The notes: a model not told the origin generated them from the sequence alone. A stretch of DNA of 63,018 nt, filler included, from Octopus bimaculoides (GCF_001194135.2; 6 parts of 5 records of this genome joined end to end with filler, not necessarily neighbours in it), one strand, 5' to 3'. Shown: positions 12,001 through 26,504, counted from the first letter of the whole stretch. Numbers and translations are program-made.

Positions 12001-12844
12001 ATGCAGCTCCCAAGACTAAAATTCCCTTTGACTGAGTGAAACTACATTATATAGAAAGGCAATCTTGTGTCAGAGGTAAATATTCTGGATAAGACGACAA
12101 ACAGTCTAAAAGACTGCTAAAAGATCTGATATCCATATCCATTTCCAACATCAAAGTGAGTTGAAACACATGGACATATCTGGAGCAAATCTAAATTTAG
12201 GATCTGTGAAATGGTACTCCAATACCTTAAACACTTATCTATTCCACATCTATAAGGCTTAAGAAATGGCTATCAACTGGATCTCAAAATCAACAAATTT
12301 TAATTCATTCACTTCTAATGGAAAGCACAGTCATTTCAGGCTTATTTGTGTTTAATACATATTAATGCATAAAGCACACGTTTTTTGGGTGGAGAGCAAT
12401 GGAATAACAGGAAAAAATCTCATTTATGATATACACTAACTTTTTTTTGGAGTGATTTTGAAGAAAGCAGCAAAATTTAAAATAAAACCAGCAATAATAG
12501 GAAATGCAAAAACTAACTTGCCTTTTCCTAAAGATCCCTGTACCCTCACCAACTTTTTAAATTTCATTTTATTTTTAAATGATCTTTGAAATTCTATCTT
12601 TTGAACATCGGATATACTGTGTTGAACATCACTAAATCATGTAATATATTGTTATCTTGTTTGACTTTTGTTGTATGACATCCTTATATCTCCAATTATA
12701 AATTTCTCTTCTGAAAACTTTCAAATAATTAATATTTTTCTTAATGAGTCCTTTTTTTTTTATGTCTTACTTTCAGCAATACAAGCTTAACAACATATTA
12801 ACACTTTAAATCCTATAATGCTTTCTCTACATCACATGACCAAC

Positions 12845-13091
12845 CAGACTATCTGGTATTGTTATACACTGCTGGTCACAATGTGCTTTGCATTGTTTTA
12901 GCCTTCAAACGATGTCGACCTGCTGGCTAGGAGAGCAGGTCAACATTATCCCCTGACCAAAAGGAGGACTGGAGCAACATGAAATGAAGCGTTTTGCTCA
13001 AGAATACAATGCACTTCCAGGTCTCGGAATCAAACTCTCCTTCTACTGATCATAAGTGCAGCAGCCTAACCACTAGGCCACGTGCCTTCAC
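12845..13091 (-). mobile_element. tRNA-derived SINE family D-related copy
   Basis: Minus-strand head GGCACGTGGCCTAGTGGTTAGG..GAGTTTGATTCC then TTGTATTCTTGAGCAAAACGCTTCATTTCATGTTGCTCCAGTC, homologous to 59545-59670 but with a different 3' part. Confidence 0.7.
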
Positions 13092-13220
13092 ATTTTCTCT
13101 ATATAAATCTCTAAACTCTGTTAGAGACTAGAGATTTTGAAGCAATCCAGTCAGTCCAGTATAAAACTCATAAAAATATAACTATTGTATGAATTTGGAT
13201 GAAATTTGCTGATATATGAT

Positions 13221-13581
13221 TTACTCTTTTACTGGTTTCAGTCATTTGACTGTGGCCATGCTGGAGCACCACCTTTAGTCGAGTAAATCGACCCCAGGAC
13301 TTATTTTTTGTAAGCTAGTACTTATTCTATCATTCTCTTTTGCCGAACCGCTAAGTTACGGGGACGTAAATACACCAGCATCGGCTGTCAAGCGATGTTG
13401 GGGGGACAAACAGACAAACATATATATATATATATATATACATACATATATACGACGGGCTTCTTTCAGTTTCCGTCTACCAAATCCACTCACAATGCGT
13501 TGGTCGGCCCGAGGCTATAGTAGAAGACACTTGCCCAAGGTGCCACGCAGTGGGACTGCACCTGGAACCATGTGGTTTGTA
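13221..13581 (-). mobile_element. SINE family B copy (head runs into gap)
   Basis: Collinear with 9378-9730; longer (TA)n at 13411-13452. Confidence 0.9.
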
Positions 13582-14510
13582 NNNNNNNNNNNNNNNNNNN
13601 NNNNNNNNNNNNNNNNNNNNNNNNNNNNNNNNNNNNNNNNNNNNNNNNNNNNNNNNNNNNNNNNNNNNNNNNNNNNNNNNNNNNNNNNNNNNNNNNNNNN
13701 NNNNNNNNNNNNNNNNNNNNNNNNNNNNNNNNNNNNNNNNNNNNNNNNNNNNNNNNNNNNNNNNNNNNNNNNNNNNNNNNNNNNNNNNNNNNNNNNNNNN
13801 NNNNNNNNNNNNNNNNNNNNNNNNNNNNNNNNNNNNNNNNNNNNNNNNNNNNNNNNNNNNNNNNNNNNNNNNNNNNNNNNNNNNNNNNNNNNNNNNNNNN
13901 NNNNNNNNNNNNNNNNNNNNNNNNNNNNNNNNNNNNNNNNNNNNNNNNNNNNNNNNNNNNNNNNNNNNNNNNNNNNNNNNNNNNNNNNNNNNNNNNNNNN
14001 NNNNNNNNNNNNNNNNNNNNNNNNNNNNNNNNNNNNNNNNNNNNNNNNNNNNNNNNNNNNNNNNNNNNNNNNNNNNNNNNNNNNNNNNNNNNNNNNNNNN
14101 NNNNNNNNNNNNNNNNNNNNNNNNNNNNNNNNNNNNNNNNNNNNNNNNNNNNNNNNNNNNNNNNNNNNNNNNNNNNNNNNNNNNNNNNNNNNNNNNNNNN
14201 NNNNNNNNNNNNNNNNNNNNNNNNNNNNNNNNNNNNNNNNNNNNNNNNNNNNNNNNNNNNNNNATTATCCAATATATCCTTCCTTTTCCAAGACAGTAGA
14301 ATGTGATTTATGAGATTCTGTTACTATTTCAAATGGATTCAGTAAACGCATAAAAGTTCCCACAATGTTTTAAACCTTCAACCACAATGACAGCTCATAT
14401 TTTGTTTCAGTCTTTAAACTATGGCCAAGCTGGGGCACCACCTTAAAGAATTTCAGTCAAACAACTCAACCTCCAAACCTTTTTTTAGTTGACTTTATAT
14501 TTGTTGTAAA

Positions 14511-14735
14511 TCATCATCACCATCATTTAATATCCATTGTCCATGCTGGCATGGATTAGATGGTTTGACATGAGCTGTTAAGCTGAGGGGCTGCACCAGA
14601 CTCATCTGATTTGGTACAGGTGCCAGTTACGTGACACCAGCATCAGCCACATTGCCTCCATGTGGCCCAATGCTCAAATGATGCTTTTTACATGCCACCA
14701 GGCGTGGGTGCCAATTATGTGACACCGGCATCGGT
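14511..14735 (-). mobile_element. Degenerate repeat family C copy
   Basis: CATCATCACCATCATTTAATATCCATTGTCCATGCTGGCATGGATTAGATGGTTTGAC is the reverse complement of the family C tail. Confidence 0.55.
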
Positions 14736-15138
14736 CATATTACCTCCGTGTATTTAAGATTCATCTTATTGTATGCAAACCAGCAAGGGAACTTCTACAT
14801 AGATTTTCAATCTGCTAGCAGGTAAATCCACTTCAAACTCTTATCTTTAAAATGGAGTGGCAGGGTACATGTAAATTCTTAGTTCAAGTGCAATGGGCCT
14901 ATTATAAAGACAGAGCAATAACACTGATCAAAGAATATAAAAAATTATTTTCATACATACCCAGACCAGTATGGAAAAACAGATTTAAACCAAACCAACA
15001 ACAACTGACTTAGATATCAATGGTAGACTATTACACTTNNNNNNNNNNNNNNNNNNNNNNNNNNNNNNNNNNNNNNNNNNNNTTAATTAATTAANNNNNN
15101 NNNNNNNNNNNNNNNNNNNNNNNNNNNNNNNNNNNNNN

Positions 15139-15170
<32 letters not shown>

Positions 15171-16200
15171 TGTTCATATATGTAACATAATTATACATAT
15201 GTATATATACATATGTATTCACATATATACATATATAAATATAAGTTCGTAAGTATATATAATATATATATGTGTAAACATATATATATATATATGTGTG
15301 TATATAATCATATGTGTGTGTGTATATAGAAAGAAAGGTAGATTCATACATACATACACGCACACACACACGCACATATACACACGTACACTCGCAAACA
15401 CACACACACATATATATATATATACATATGCAAACATAAATATATAAACATTATATACAGAAATAGTGATAGGGAGCGATAGAAATAGAAAAAGAGCGCA
15501 TGCGTGAGAGATAGATAGGTAGATAGAATGAGAGAGAGTAAGATATAGAGAGGGGGTGAGAGACGGAAAGCTAGAGAGTGAGTAATTGAAGTGGGTTTGA
15601 TACATAGACGAAAACTACATAACATATTGCAGTTATGATAGATGATAGTAACACAAACCGATTTTATGTTTTTTGATGATATACATCAAACCATTATAAT
15701 TTACTTTATTGCTTTTAACAGCATCAACGACATCAGAATGTAATTCGATATGTATTTTTTTTTTATTTTGTAAATGAGAATCAATATAATACGGCTGAAA
15801 TGAATAATTCCTGTTATTACACTTTAATATCTCAATGGAGTAACTTTTGTAGATAATAAAAATTACCGTTGGAATTCACAGTATTGATGCGTAAATCTAT
15901 GTGTTCCCTAGTAGTTTGGAATATATTTAGTTTCTTGGTTGAAACTTGCCCTTAAATTGTTTGTTTATTAACTGAATATACAGAATGTGAACCACTGATG
16001 GCTGGGACAGAAATTCAAAGAAAATATAACCTGAACAGTTGGTCTTTAGTATGAATATATTATCTATGTGTAGTATATAGTGATTATGAATTAGTCTTTT
16101 AATTCTCAGCCATTATAGTGTATTAATATTATAATAAATATCAGAATATATAGTTGTAAGGTAATTTTTACTGGATGAGAGATTTATTAAACATTAGAGA

Positions 16201-16510
16201 AGCGGCATGTTAGCAGAATCATTACGGGGCCGGGAAAATGCTTAGCGGCATTTCTTCCAATGTTCTGAGTCCAAATGCCACCTTGGTCGATTCTGGCTTT
16301 CATCATTTCAAGGTCGATAGAATAAGTACCAATTGCGTAATGGGGTCGATGTAATCGACTTTCTGTTCCCCAAAATTGCTGGCATTTCGCAAAATTATGA
16401 AACTATTATTATTATTATTTACCAAATTATGAAAACATTATTATTATTATTATTATTTGCCAAATTATGAATCCATTATTATTATTTTCCAAATTATAAA
16501 ACCATTATTA
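16201..16510 (+). mobile_element. SINE family A with four-fold reiterated 3' end
   Basis: Head TTAGCAGAATCATTA..AAATGCTTAGCGGCATTTC, core CTTTCATC..AGGTCGATAGAATAAGTACCA; tail unit CAAATTATGAAA(C/A)(C/T)ATTATTATT repeated at 16390, 16422, 16460, 16489. Confidence 0.8.
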
Positions 16511-16991
16511 ATCATTTTTTTAAGAATGATGCTTCTTTTTTTAGTTAAGTAAACGACTTATAATATTTGTGGGGTAAGGGGCTAATCATTTGTCTACCAG
16601 GGATAAAATTCACAATTGACAGCACTCATATTTGAAATCAGAACGTCAGCGACAGTAAAAAAAAGGATATATCGAAAGGGCTTAATGTAAGATTACAGGA
16701 TAATTTTGCCAATAATAGTATTAATGATTTTAGTTTTTAAAAATGTAAAGTGATAAATGCATAACCTAAACCGCATACAGAAAGCTGATGCAGACTGATT
16801 AAAAACCCATCATTCACTGTGGATTCATGGCTGAATGCAGAAACCAAGAGATATTCCTTTTTGCTCAGGACCGGACCCTACACACACAGCAATAGAGAGT
16901 GAGACTGACACACACACATATACATATGTACATACCTACATATACATATATATACATACATGCATGCTTATATATATNNNNNNNNNNNNNN

Positions 16992-17047
<56 letters not shown>

Positions 17048-18784
17048 TGTGTGTGTCTTTCGGGGATAGTGATATTAATAGGCTGGTGTTAGAACCCAAT
17101 ATACAAATGGTAGAAATAATGCGTTGGGCGAGTAAAGAGAATATCATGAAATTAAATAATCGACAAATTTCTCGAGTTTTGCTACTTTTGTATTTTCTAT
17201 TTCATACTTCCTGCCAGAAATATTAATACTCTCCGGTTAGACAGTGAGATTTTTGTCTTCATGCCATTTCTTTTATATAAATGGGAAAAAATCTGCTTTA
17301 AACGTCTATCAAATCTGTCATTCCTCCTTCAAAGTCCTAATGTTCTCTGCACAAAGGTGTGAAATCATGATATTTTTTAAGCAAGTCCCCTTTCTCCTTA
17401 TCGATTGTTTGTTAAGCCCACTGCTGTCTTTGCTTCTATTATTCTCTTTTTAACACTTACCATTGGAATTCTATGGACATTTGTTTTTCAAGTTTTTTTC
17501 TTCCGTAATGTTCCGCATTAAATAAATATAATTCTATTGTGCAAACTACTTTAAAATTTGTTTGCATGTACTTATCATCATCCCGACATTGGAAATTTCT
17601 CAAATATTCTACGTGGTTATCAAATTTTTATACGCCCTTATTCTTTCATATTAAATCGACCTCATGATACCACACACTCTCCCATTATCAATAATTTTCC
17701 TCTCTGCTTCATGATGAAGTCCGCCTGTGAAAAGCTCTTTAGAGAGTCTTACCAACGGATAGGAAAGAGATTCCCTGCATACATTCTGCTTCTAATCCTT
17801 TTGACTTTGTCCTATTAATAGAAGTACTACACGTGATATTTTATCTCGTACTCATCCAATTTATAAAATAGTTAATGTTGGGTGTTTAACGTTTCTCATG
17901 TTTGATTGATTTAACATTAAAGAAAACTGCATAGCTAGCTGCAGATGTATCGCATACCATAGCAAATAAGTACTGCCATAGGGTTTGGTATATAGAACTC
18001 TGTGTGTTGCATTTTTCTATATAATGAAAAGCTTTATGTATGCATCAATTCTTCCAAATGTATTTAAAATATTTCAATGAGATAAATATTCAGTGGAATA
18101 TCTCTCGTCACTGTATAATTACATATGTATGATACAAAAAAACTAGATATATTTTTTTATTGTTATGCATTTCTTTTACTATTCATTTTCATAACCGTCA
18201 TATAAGGTTATGTACATACCACTATCATTTGATTTCCTCTGTCAGTAAAATACGCAAAATCGTTTGTGCGTTTCAATATATCTCAGTACGTTTGTACTTT
18301 TCAGTAAGTGCATAAAGCTATTATTTATTCCCCACGAAAATAAAGGCAATATCTCAATGTGTTACTGCTGTTACTTCACCTTTCTTGCCAAGAGGGATGT
18401 GTCCTATTAATTCCACCGATCTTATCGTAATGATTTGAAGAAATTTCTTTTTCATTATGTCCAACGAGGTCTCGAGTGAGAATAAAGTAAAGTATAATTT
18501 CTCAAATTTTTTCGTGAATACAGTACTACATAATTACGTGACTCAGTATATGATAAATAGCGGCATGTTCTGAAAAACATTTGCCGTTTATGACCATTAT
18601 ATCGTACAATGATCTTCTTGATATTTGACTTCATTCATTAATTCATGCGTATTTCTTCAGTCCAACAGTGATAAATGAAAATTAAAACGAAAACGGACTA
18701 ATTCGAAATGATTAATCACACAGTCAAAACTAAATAATTCAGTTTTATTTCAATCAATCTTAGTCACAATATATGCTTGGTGCC

Positions 18785-18849
<65 letters not shown>

Positions 18850-19670
18850 GTGTCTCTCTCTCTATTTCTCTTTCTCTCTCTCTTTCCATATTTATATATA
18901 TACATATATATATGTAATTATGTGTATGCGTGCGTTGTGTGTCTTTATATATATCTAGATGAGTGTATATATGTTATAGATGCATATGTATATATGCATA
19001 TATACATATATGTGTACACGTACACACACACGCACACACATACTCACACACACACACAGATATATATGTACACACATTCATTGAATCGGATACACATATT
19101 CCAGTATAGAAATATACACACATAAATAGTTATGTGTGTGTTTGTTATTGCGAGTGAGAATACACCTTAATTCCTCAAGTCGATACATTCCATCTCTGCT
19201 TCATGCTAATTTAAAGTTGATCTGTTCATGTTATTATTCATTTCAGAAAGAAGTATTTGTGCCTATCAACATACAAGAAGTACTTATATATTATTGGTAT
19301 AGAAAGGAACTACCATTTAATCTGCCTAGTTTCAAACATCGATAACACAGACGTAGATCTGAATTGAAGCGAAATAATTGAAAACAACACGCCTGTCGTA
19401 ATATCAATCAGTCGATATAATTGGTGAATGAACTTTCTATAAAGCAGGTATCATCTCACATTTCTTATTGAAACATTCACTTCATAACAATTCAATTGCC
19501 ATCTCAACACTTATGCCAAATGTAGCGATCTACAATTTTGATGGAAGGAAGAATGATCCGTAAAGCTGCGAAATTGGAGTAATTCTTCGATTAATGGAAA
19601 ATAAACAGTATCAGGCGTGAAGTTAATATCATGCCATTCGAAGTTTGGGAAACGAAAACGAAAATTAGCT

Positions 19671-19727
<57 letters not shown>

Positions 19728-20515
19728 TTAAAAAATATATTTTAGTTTTCAACCATTTATGATGCAACTTATCTTGATACTTAAAGTGGCTATAGAGTAC
19801 TAATCATTGGTTCAAACTCTATCTGGTGTTATGTTCTCAACTGCAAGATTTAACTATGTCTGATATTGCTTTTAATATGTGTATTTATTTATAAATTTCA
19901 CTTAAATCGTACTTTACTTTCGCTATATAGTAGCATGTACCTAGTTTCGAATAACGTTTCGGGCATTTAACTTGGAGATGATTAAAGCACGCACTACATC
20001 CTATTTGTAAATTACTTCCATAATGTAGTAGAGTTGTAAGCAAAGGAAATTGAGCCCAGTATTTATATGTTTGATAGTACCCAATCTCATTACGCAGCAA
20101 TTAGTTGAAGCACCTGTTAAACAAAACATCGATATCAGCAAACCAGTGTTGTTTTCGCCAGAATTTCTATGAAATTTCTAGTACCTGTGTATTCTACGAC
20201 AGCACGTAAATAAGTAAACTGTATAAGTTATTCGCATAAAGGTGGCAAAATGATTAAGTTTGTCTACTGTAAAATGCACATTTACGAAAAGGAAAAAAAA
20301 AAAAAGAGTAGCTTATATTAAAGGATTAGACACAAATTGACATTCATTTTGTAGAGCTGTTTCTATTGACTAGAACTTTCGATTGATTTCTGTCTTAAAC
20401 AGCATATGATGAAAACACAAATTATTCAACAACTAATTGTTATGCTAATATACATACACTATGTATATCAGGTCTTATTATACATCAGTGTTATTTTCAC
20501 AGGCTACATTAATTA

Positions 20516-22432
20516 CACTGGTCAACAACAAAATCATTGTCTAAATTCCTCTAGCTGTCTTAAGACGATTCTCACGTGCTAAATTTAAATTTCACGTTAG
20601 TTTTGCTCAATCAGCTTCTTAAACTATGGCCACCTGTTATTTTTTACGTTTCTGTTTACATGTACGGGTATTTTTGCTTTCTATGATGCAAAATTCTTGT
20701 TTATGTCTTGAAATAAATCAACTCAGAAGAGTTTGCATGCGCATATTTATGACTAATTAGTACTTTTATTTTATAGGTGAATGAAATGGCTTCGACCAGA
20801 AGATCTTGCATATGTATGTCCAACGTATTCTGCTACATCTGCTGTGAATACACCTTTGTTCCTAACAGGAATCCAGTCGCAAGTTTCAGAAAGCGTGCTT
20901 ACCATGCCTAAGTTGGTATTAAACTTGGTGACCAGGATAAAGCTTGGGCGTCATACATGGTATGCAAAGCATGAACCGAGAATCTGCGTCAGTGGATCAA
21001 GGGCAAGAAGAGTTGTGTGAAGGTTGGAATTCCCATGGTTTGAGGGAGCCAAAAAACCATGGCACCAACTGCTATTTCTACGCTATTGATGTGACTAGGA
21101 TCAGCAGAAAGAACCGCCGCGGCCTCAAGTATCCTGATCGTCAATCAGCATATCATCTTGTAGCGCACAGTGATGAAATTCCAGTACCTGTCTTCGGACA
21201 ACTTCCTGGCACTAGTGGCGAAAATCCACCAGTGTTCAAGAAGTTGTTATTGAAGATGATGCTCTACATCCTTTTTCCAAAAAGAACTAAATGATCTAGT
21301 TCGCGATCTCGGATTGTTAAAGTCCTCTGCCGAACGTTTGTCATCCAGATTGAAGGAAAAAACTTCTTCTCTGACAATACTCGCATCACCTGCTACCACT
21401 ACAGGCATCATGAGTACCTCCACGGTTTCTCTGAACAGGACTTGGTATACTGTACAAATATTGCTCATTTTCTGCACGAGCTTGGCGTGCCACAGTACGA
21501 ACCCAAAGATGGGAGATTATTCATTGACAGCAGCAAGCAATCACTGAAATGTGTGATGTTGCACAACGGAAACCAGTTTGCCTCTGTACCCCTCGCTCAC
21601 TCGACTACACTGAAGGAGAAGTATGAAGCAGCGCATTATGTGCTTGAGCAAAATTCATTATGATCAGCATCAGTGCTTTATTTGTATCGATCTGAAGATG
21701 GTGAATTTTTTGTTGGGACAACAGTCTGGATTCACCAAATACCCATGCTTTCTTTGTATGTGGGACACTGCTCAGTATTACAAGAAAGACTTGCATTTGC
21801 GGGAGGACTTGGTGCTTCGCAGAGCTAAGAACCTCATTACCAACCCTCTTCCCACAACTAGGCATCAAACTCGGCTTTATCAAGCAGTTCACCAAAGCTC
21901 TGGACAAGGATGGTGGTTGCGTCACTTGGGACAAGCTTATCCAGGATTGGCCATCGAGGAGTTGAAAGCTGTCATCTTTGACGGTCCTCAAATCCGTCAG
22001 TTCATCAGAGTGACTCATTTTGAAAACTCAATGAACGAAGTGGAACTGGAATCGGGGAAGTTTTTTATTCTGGTCGTGAAGAACAACTATAACACAACAT
22101 TTAATTTACATGTACTTATATTTATCAGTGTCTACTACTCAATTTACAATAATCGAAGTTTGTAACATTTAATCAATAAATTGTGTTAGAAAACAATGTT
22201 TTTATCTCAAACGCCTATTTCGGATGAGAAACATTAACACAAATCAACTGATAATGTCTGATAAATGTAATCAATTTAGTCAGAATATCGGATTTTTAAA
22301 AAGTCAACTTATCATAGAAACGCGATTTGATCGAGAGAAACGGATGCCATTTTCAGATTCAGCTGCGCAAAGATTGTTCGAAACCTGTTGAAAAAACTAC
22401 AACTTACAAAACGTTCTTTTTGTTATCCAGCA
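20516..22432 (+). mobile_element. CMC/Chapaev3-like DNA transposon with both termini and 3-bp TTA TSD
   Basis: Left end CACTGGTCAACAACAAAA preceded by TTA (20513-15); right end TTTTTGTTATCCAGCA (degenerate inverted repeat) followed by TTA (22433-35); transposase remnant inside. Family name is from recall of the motifs. Confidence 0.7.
20786..22085 (+). pseudogene. Chapaev3-like transposase, multiple stops/frameshifts, C-terminally truncated
   Basis: MASTRRSC..FCYICCEYT..KLGDQDKAW..MVCK; (W)REPKNHGTNCYF; ELNDLVRDL..SAE.L.SRLKEK; RLFIDSSKQSLKCVMLHNGNQFASVPLAH; CIDLKMVNFLLGQQSGFTKYPCFLCMWD; IFDGPQIRQ..ILVVKN. Splice acceptor TTTTATAG at ~20776 just upstream. Confidence 0.88.
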
Positions 22433-23568
22433 TTATGCATATGTGTATATAAGTAAATCTCGTTGTATATACGAGAAAGAGTTATATGAGAAAGAGTTAT
22501 AGTGAAAAACATGAAAAACAAATGCTCAAATATTAAAATAAGGTTTAACATTGAATGTAATGCTTTACTTAGAATTTGAACGTAACTTCCAATCCAGAGA
22601 ATTAACAATTTTCTTTCAATGCAGAGGGACGCAAATGATATTTGTGCGCGGTTTTAAATACAGTTGAATATCAATTTCGATTCTAAATGTTATGTAAAAT
22701 ACTCGGAGAAATTGTTTTAATATACTTCAGATTTGTATAAGAACTTCTTCGGCATATTTCAGATGTACCAAAGTGATGAGGAAATGTATGAAATTTTGTT
22801 TTTGTTTCTTCTGCAATACTTAAATATGCTAAATTGCCATAATCAAATCTGTCACTCTCATTGAAACTTTTGCATGTTATTTGCAAGTACGTATTCTGTA
22901 GCTCACTTATTTTCTGTGTAGATATTTAGATAATTATCTGTTCACCGCAGTTGAAGTATGTATATTTTAAAACTAACAAAAGAAAATTAAAAAAAATACA
23001 AAATGATTGTGCAATAGTTCTCTCAGACACTATACTAGAAAATAAGTAATCTCTTATACATGAAGCAGTAATTCCAATGAAAGCAAGTACAAAATAATTA
23101 TCTGCAATTGCCTACATATTTGTCATTTCGTGCGTTTTCTCTGCATAAAATTACCGATACGTCCAAATTTTCGCTATACAAATGACTTTACTTCACTAAC
23201 TGGAAGCATATTTAAAGTTTCAAGTGATAAAATATCAAATTTTAAAACACATATAACAAAAGATGCTCCAAAATATCTGATGAATTTACATTCCATTCTT
23301 CATTAACAGAATAAAGGATTGCACCCTGGAAAAAGTTTAAATTTTCGACAACCTCTTTAATGGAAGTGTAGATACAGGTTAACTAAGTCGTTATAAGTAA
23401 TGCAGTTACTAGGTGCCAGGATGATATACACATACATCCCCACAAACATACACAGACACACCCACCCACACGTGATTCACCGTGTATGCATCCATCAACC
23501 GTTTTAGATAGGTATGCATAGTATACATATATATGTATGTATTCTATATATCTGTCTGTATGTATATG

Positions 23569-23605
<37 letters not shown>

Positions 23606-23619
23606 CTGTGTATGTGTGA

Positions 23620-23708
<89 letters not shown>

Positions 23709-24156
23709 TAACTAGATATATAGATATACATGTATACACACACACCCATACATATACAAAGTATGGGGGTTAGGTAACAGGTGATCTAATAGATTAGACA
23801 CACTACGTAAGCGCTGTAAGGGATTAGAGGGGTCCAAGGTTGTAACCGAAACTGCAGTTATGGAGCCATTGCAGATTTCCGATATAGCGAATATATAATT
23901 GTTAGGAAGGACAACAAAATCTAAGGCAAGGTAAACATATCCAGTCATATACATTATTATTGGAAAAATTCAAAGTCCTACAGCTATTTCTGGGATATCC
24001 CGGAGCATGGGACATTTTTCTCTGATGACGAAATATCCCATACTCTGGGATATCCCAGAAACTGCTGTACGACTCTGAATGCTTTTTGCAATAATAATAA
24101 TGCATATGGCTTGAGTTATTTGCCTTGTCTTAATGCGTGTTAGTCTCTTTAACAAG

Positions 24157-24198
<42 letters not shown>

Positions 24199-24811
24199 TA
24201 TATATATAGAGAGAGAGAAAAATAGATAAATTTACCAGCCGTTGTTGCTCCGTCACAGCTCAACGCAGGTTCTTCGGGGCTTAGGAAGATAAACATTGAC
24301 AATACCCTCGAACAAGCATCTTCCACGATATCCTTTCGTAATTTGTGACATCACCTACAGTTCGATAACATGTATATGTCTTTATGAATATGTATCGGCA
24401 AATTGCACTGGGGCATTATTTCAAAGATCGCATAATGCATCCAAGCGGAGCATTGAATTTATTGTTACAAGGAAAAACAGCCTTATTTCCATTGTATATC
24501 GTCAATTGGCTTTGTGTACATATCTACAAATCTAAACTAGATAGCTTACGGAACGAAAATCCTGTTAAATAGTGAAACAAATTACTCAGTTTCATAAGAA
24601 TATTTATGAATGTAAAGCATCGGAAGTTGTGTTTTAGATAGAATTCCAGAAATGTAAGCTATTAGAGCTGCAAAATGTAAATAAGCATATTATGTGCCCA
24701 ATATATATTTGCAAATGCTGCAGTGCACCTTTTCATTTGGAAGACAATGTCAAAAATGGAACCCAGCAATATATTGAACTATTGTAAATTCAATTTATAT
24801 TTATTCACGGG

Positions 24812-24934
<123 letters not shown>

Positions 24935-25084
24935 ACACACACACACACACACGCACACACACACATATATATATTTATATATATATATATTTAAGGTGAG
25001 AAAAAGTTACGTACGCTACTATATGTATATGCAAATCCAGAAAAGGAACAATAACGTAACAGCGGACAGTAAAGCGTCAGGACA

Positions 25085-26340
25085 CACAGACGATACGAAG
25101 ACGGACAAGAGAAAAGGACGGGTTATACGCAGCCTTGCCTCGTTAGTCAAGTTTACAGACCATTCTTACAGTTTAGGACTGTTACACATGAGACTATTCA
25201 AATCTGGCTGGCCCGGAAAAATCTAAGCTAAGAGCATTAAATCTTTGGAGAGAAAGCAAACGAATGCGTTCGATAATGAGGCCAAAATCGGAGAAAATAT
25301 TACACAATTACAAATACAAAGACAAGTGCATTTCGACTAATAAAGACGGATCAAGTTCATCTGGCATATGTAGATTGAAAGCCTTGAGGTAGGAACATAG
25401 GAGCTGAACATGAGATGAAACACGTAACCGGTATATAAGAAATGCATCGCGGCCGTCAGTCTAGCCAACAAGGGAAGATAAATTTTTAGCCGAACAACGG
25501 TCACGTGGAAGAACAGGAGGGAGGTAGAGGGCAGAGGCATTGAAGAATGGTAGAAAGAACAAGAAAGAGAAAACATCAAAGTGGCATAGAGAAAGTACAA
25601 GCTAGATAAACGAGGAGGCAAAGTAGGAGGATTGAAGAAAGAGAAGACCAAGAAATGCGAGAGAGGGGGAGCAAGAAAAAGAAAAGAAGATAGAAAGAAG
25701 AAACAGGGACTAAAAGAAGGGGTAAAAGAGTCGTACGGAATTTAGATGCTTACTTATTTACGAGGTGAGCAAAAATGTACATACGCCGCTATATGTTTAT
25801 AAATCGAATAAATTGAACAAGAACGCAGCAGAAGACAATAACACACCCGGACAGATAGACGATACAAACACGGACAAGAAAAAAAGAACGGGTCATTCGC
25901 ATCTTTCTCCCATCTGTCAAGTTTTCAGATAATCCTTACAGTTTCGGCCGGTTACATTTGAGACTATTCAAATCTGGCTGACCCGAAAAATCTAAGCTAA
26001 GGGCATTAAGATTTTTGGGAGAAAGCATGCGAATGTGTACGACAACAAAAACGGAGAAAATGTAACACAATTAGAATTACGAAGAGCAAGAAAACAAGAA
26101 CAGGTGTCTTTCGACCAATAAAGAAGAATGAAGTTGAGCTGGCGAGTTTAGAAAAAGAACTGTTGAGGCAGTAACATAGAAGATGAACATAACAGATGGA
26201 AGTCATGAGACAGCAATATAAGAGATACTTGGCGGCCAACAGTCGAACCAAGAAACATCATGCTTGACCAGTGTAACATTTTCTCCGTTTTATGTCTGTG
26301 TTGCCATAAATAGATTTTCAGGGCCAGACAGATTCAAAGA
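25085..26340. repeat. Diverged ~270-bp direct repeat pair plus a partial inverted copy (Penelope-pLTR-like arrangement)
   Basis: 25085-25350 ~ 25850-26120 (shared GAGACTATTCAAATCTGGCTG.CC.GAAAAATCTAAGCTAAG.GCATTAA, CGGAGAAAAT.T.ACACAATTA); 26272-26335 contains reverse complements GTGTAACATTTTCTCCGTTTT and TAGATTTTCAGGGCCAGACAGATT. Confidence 0.75.
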
Positions 26341-26504
26341 AACCAAAAGGAACATTTCTACGTATATGTATATATGTATATAATATAGGATAAATTCTTT
26401 ATAATAATTTATCAAGTACTGAGCGTGAAAAAACCTCATAATGAAAAAATAACGAAAAATTTCGTAATGAAAAAATTCATCGTTTCTTCATAGATATATT
26501 TAAT

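Noticed and set aside
13490-14313. Long ORFs made of X residues (also 27656-29598, 38327-38965, 48431-49493, 50330-51182)
   Set aside because: They are open only because they run through N gaps
24022-24045. CTGATGA-C-GAAA hammerhead-like string next to the CTGGGATATCCCAG palindrome
   Set aside because: No helix II and no convincing helix I or III
23800-24350. Possible small host exons (GCAAG|GTAAAC donor, TTTACCAG| acceptor)
   Set aside because: Short frames with early stops and no recognisable protein
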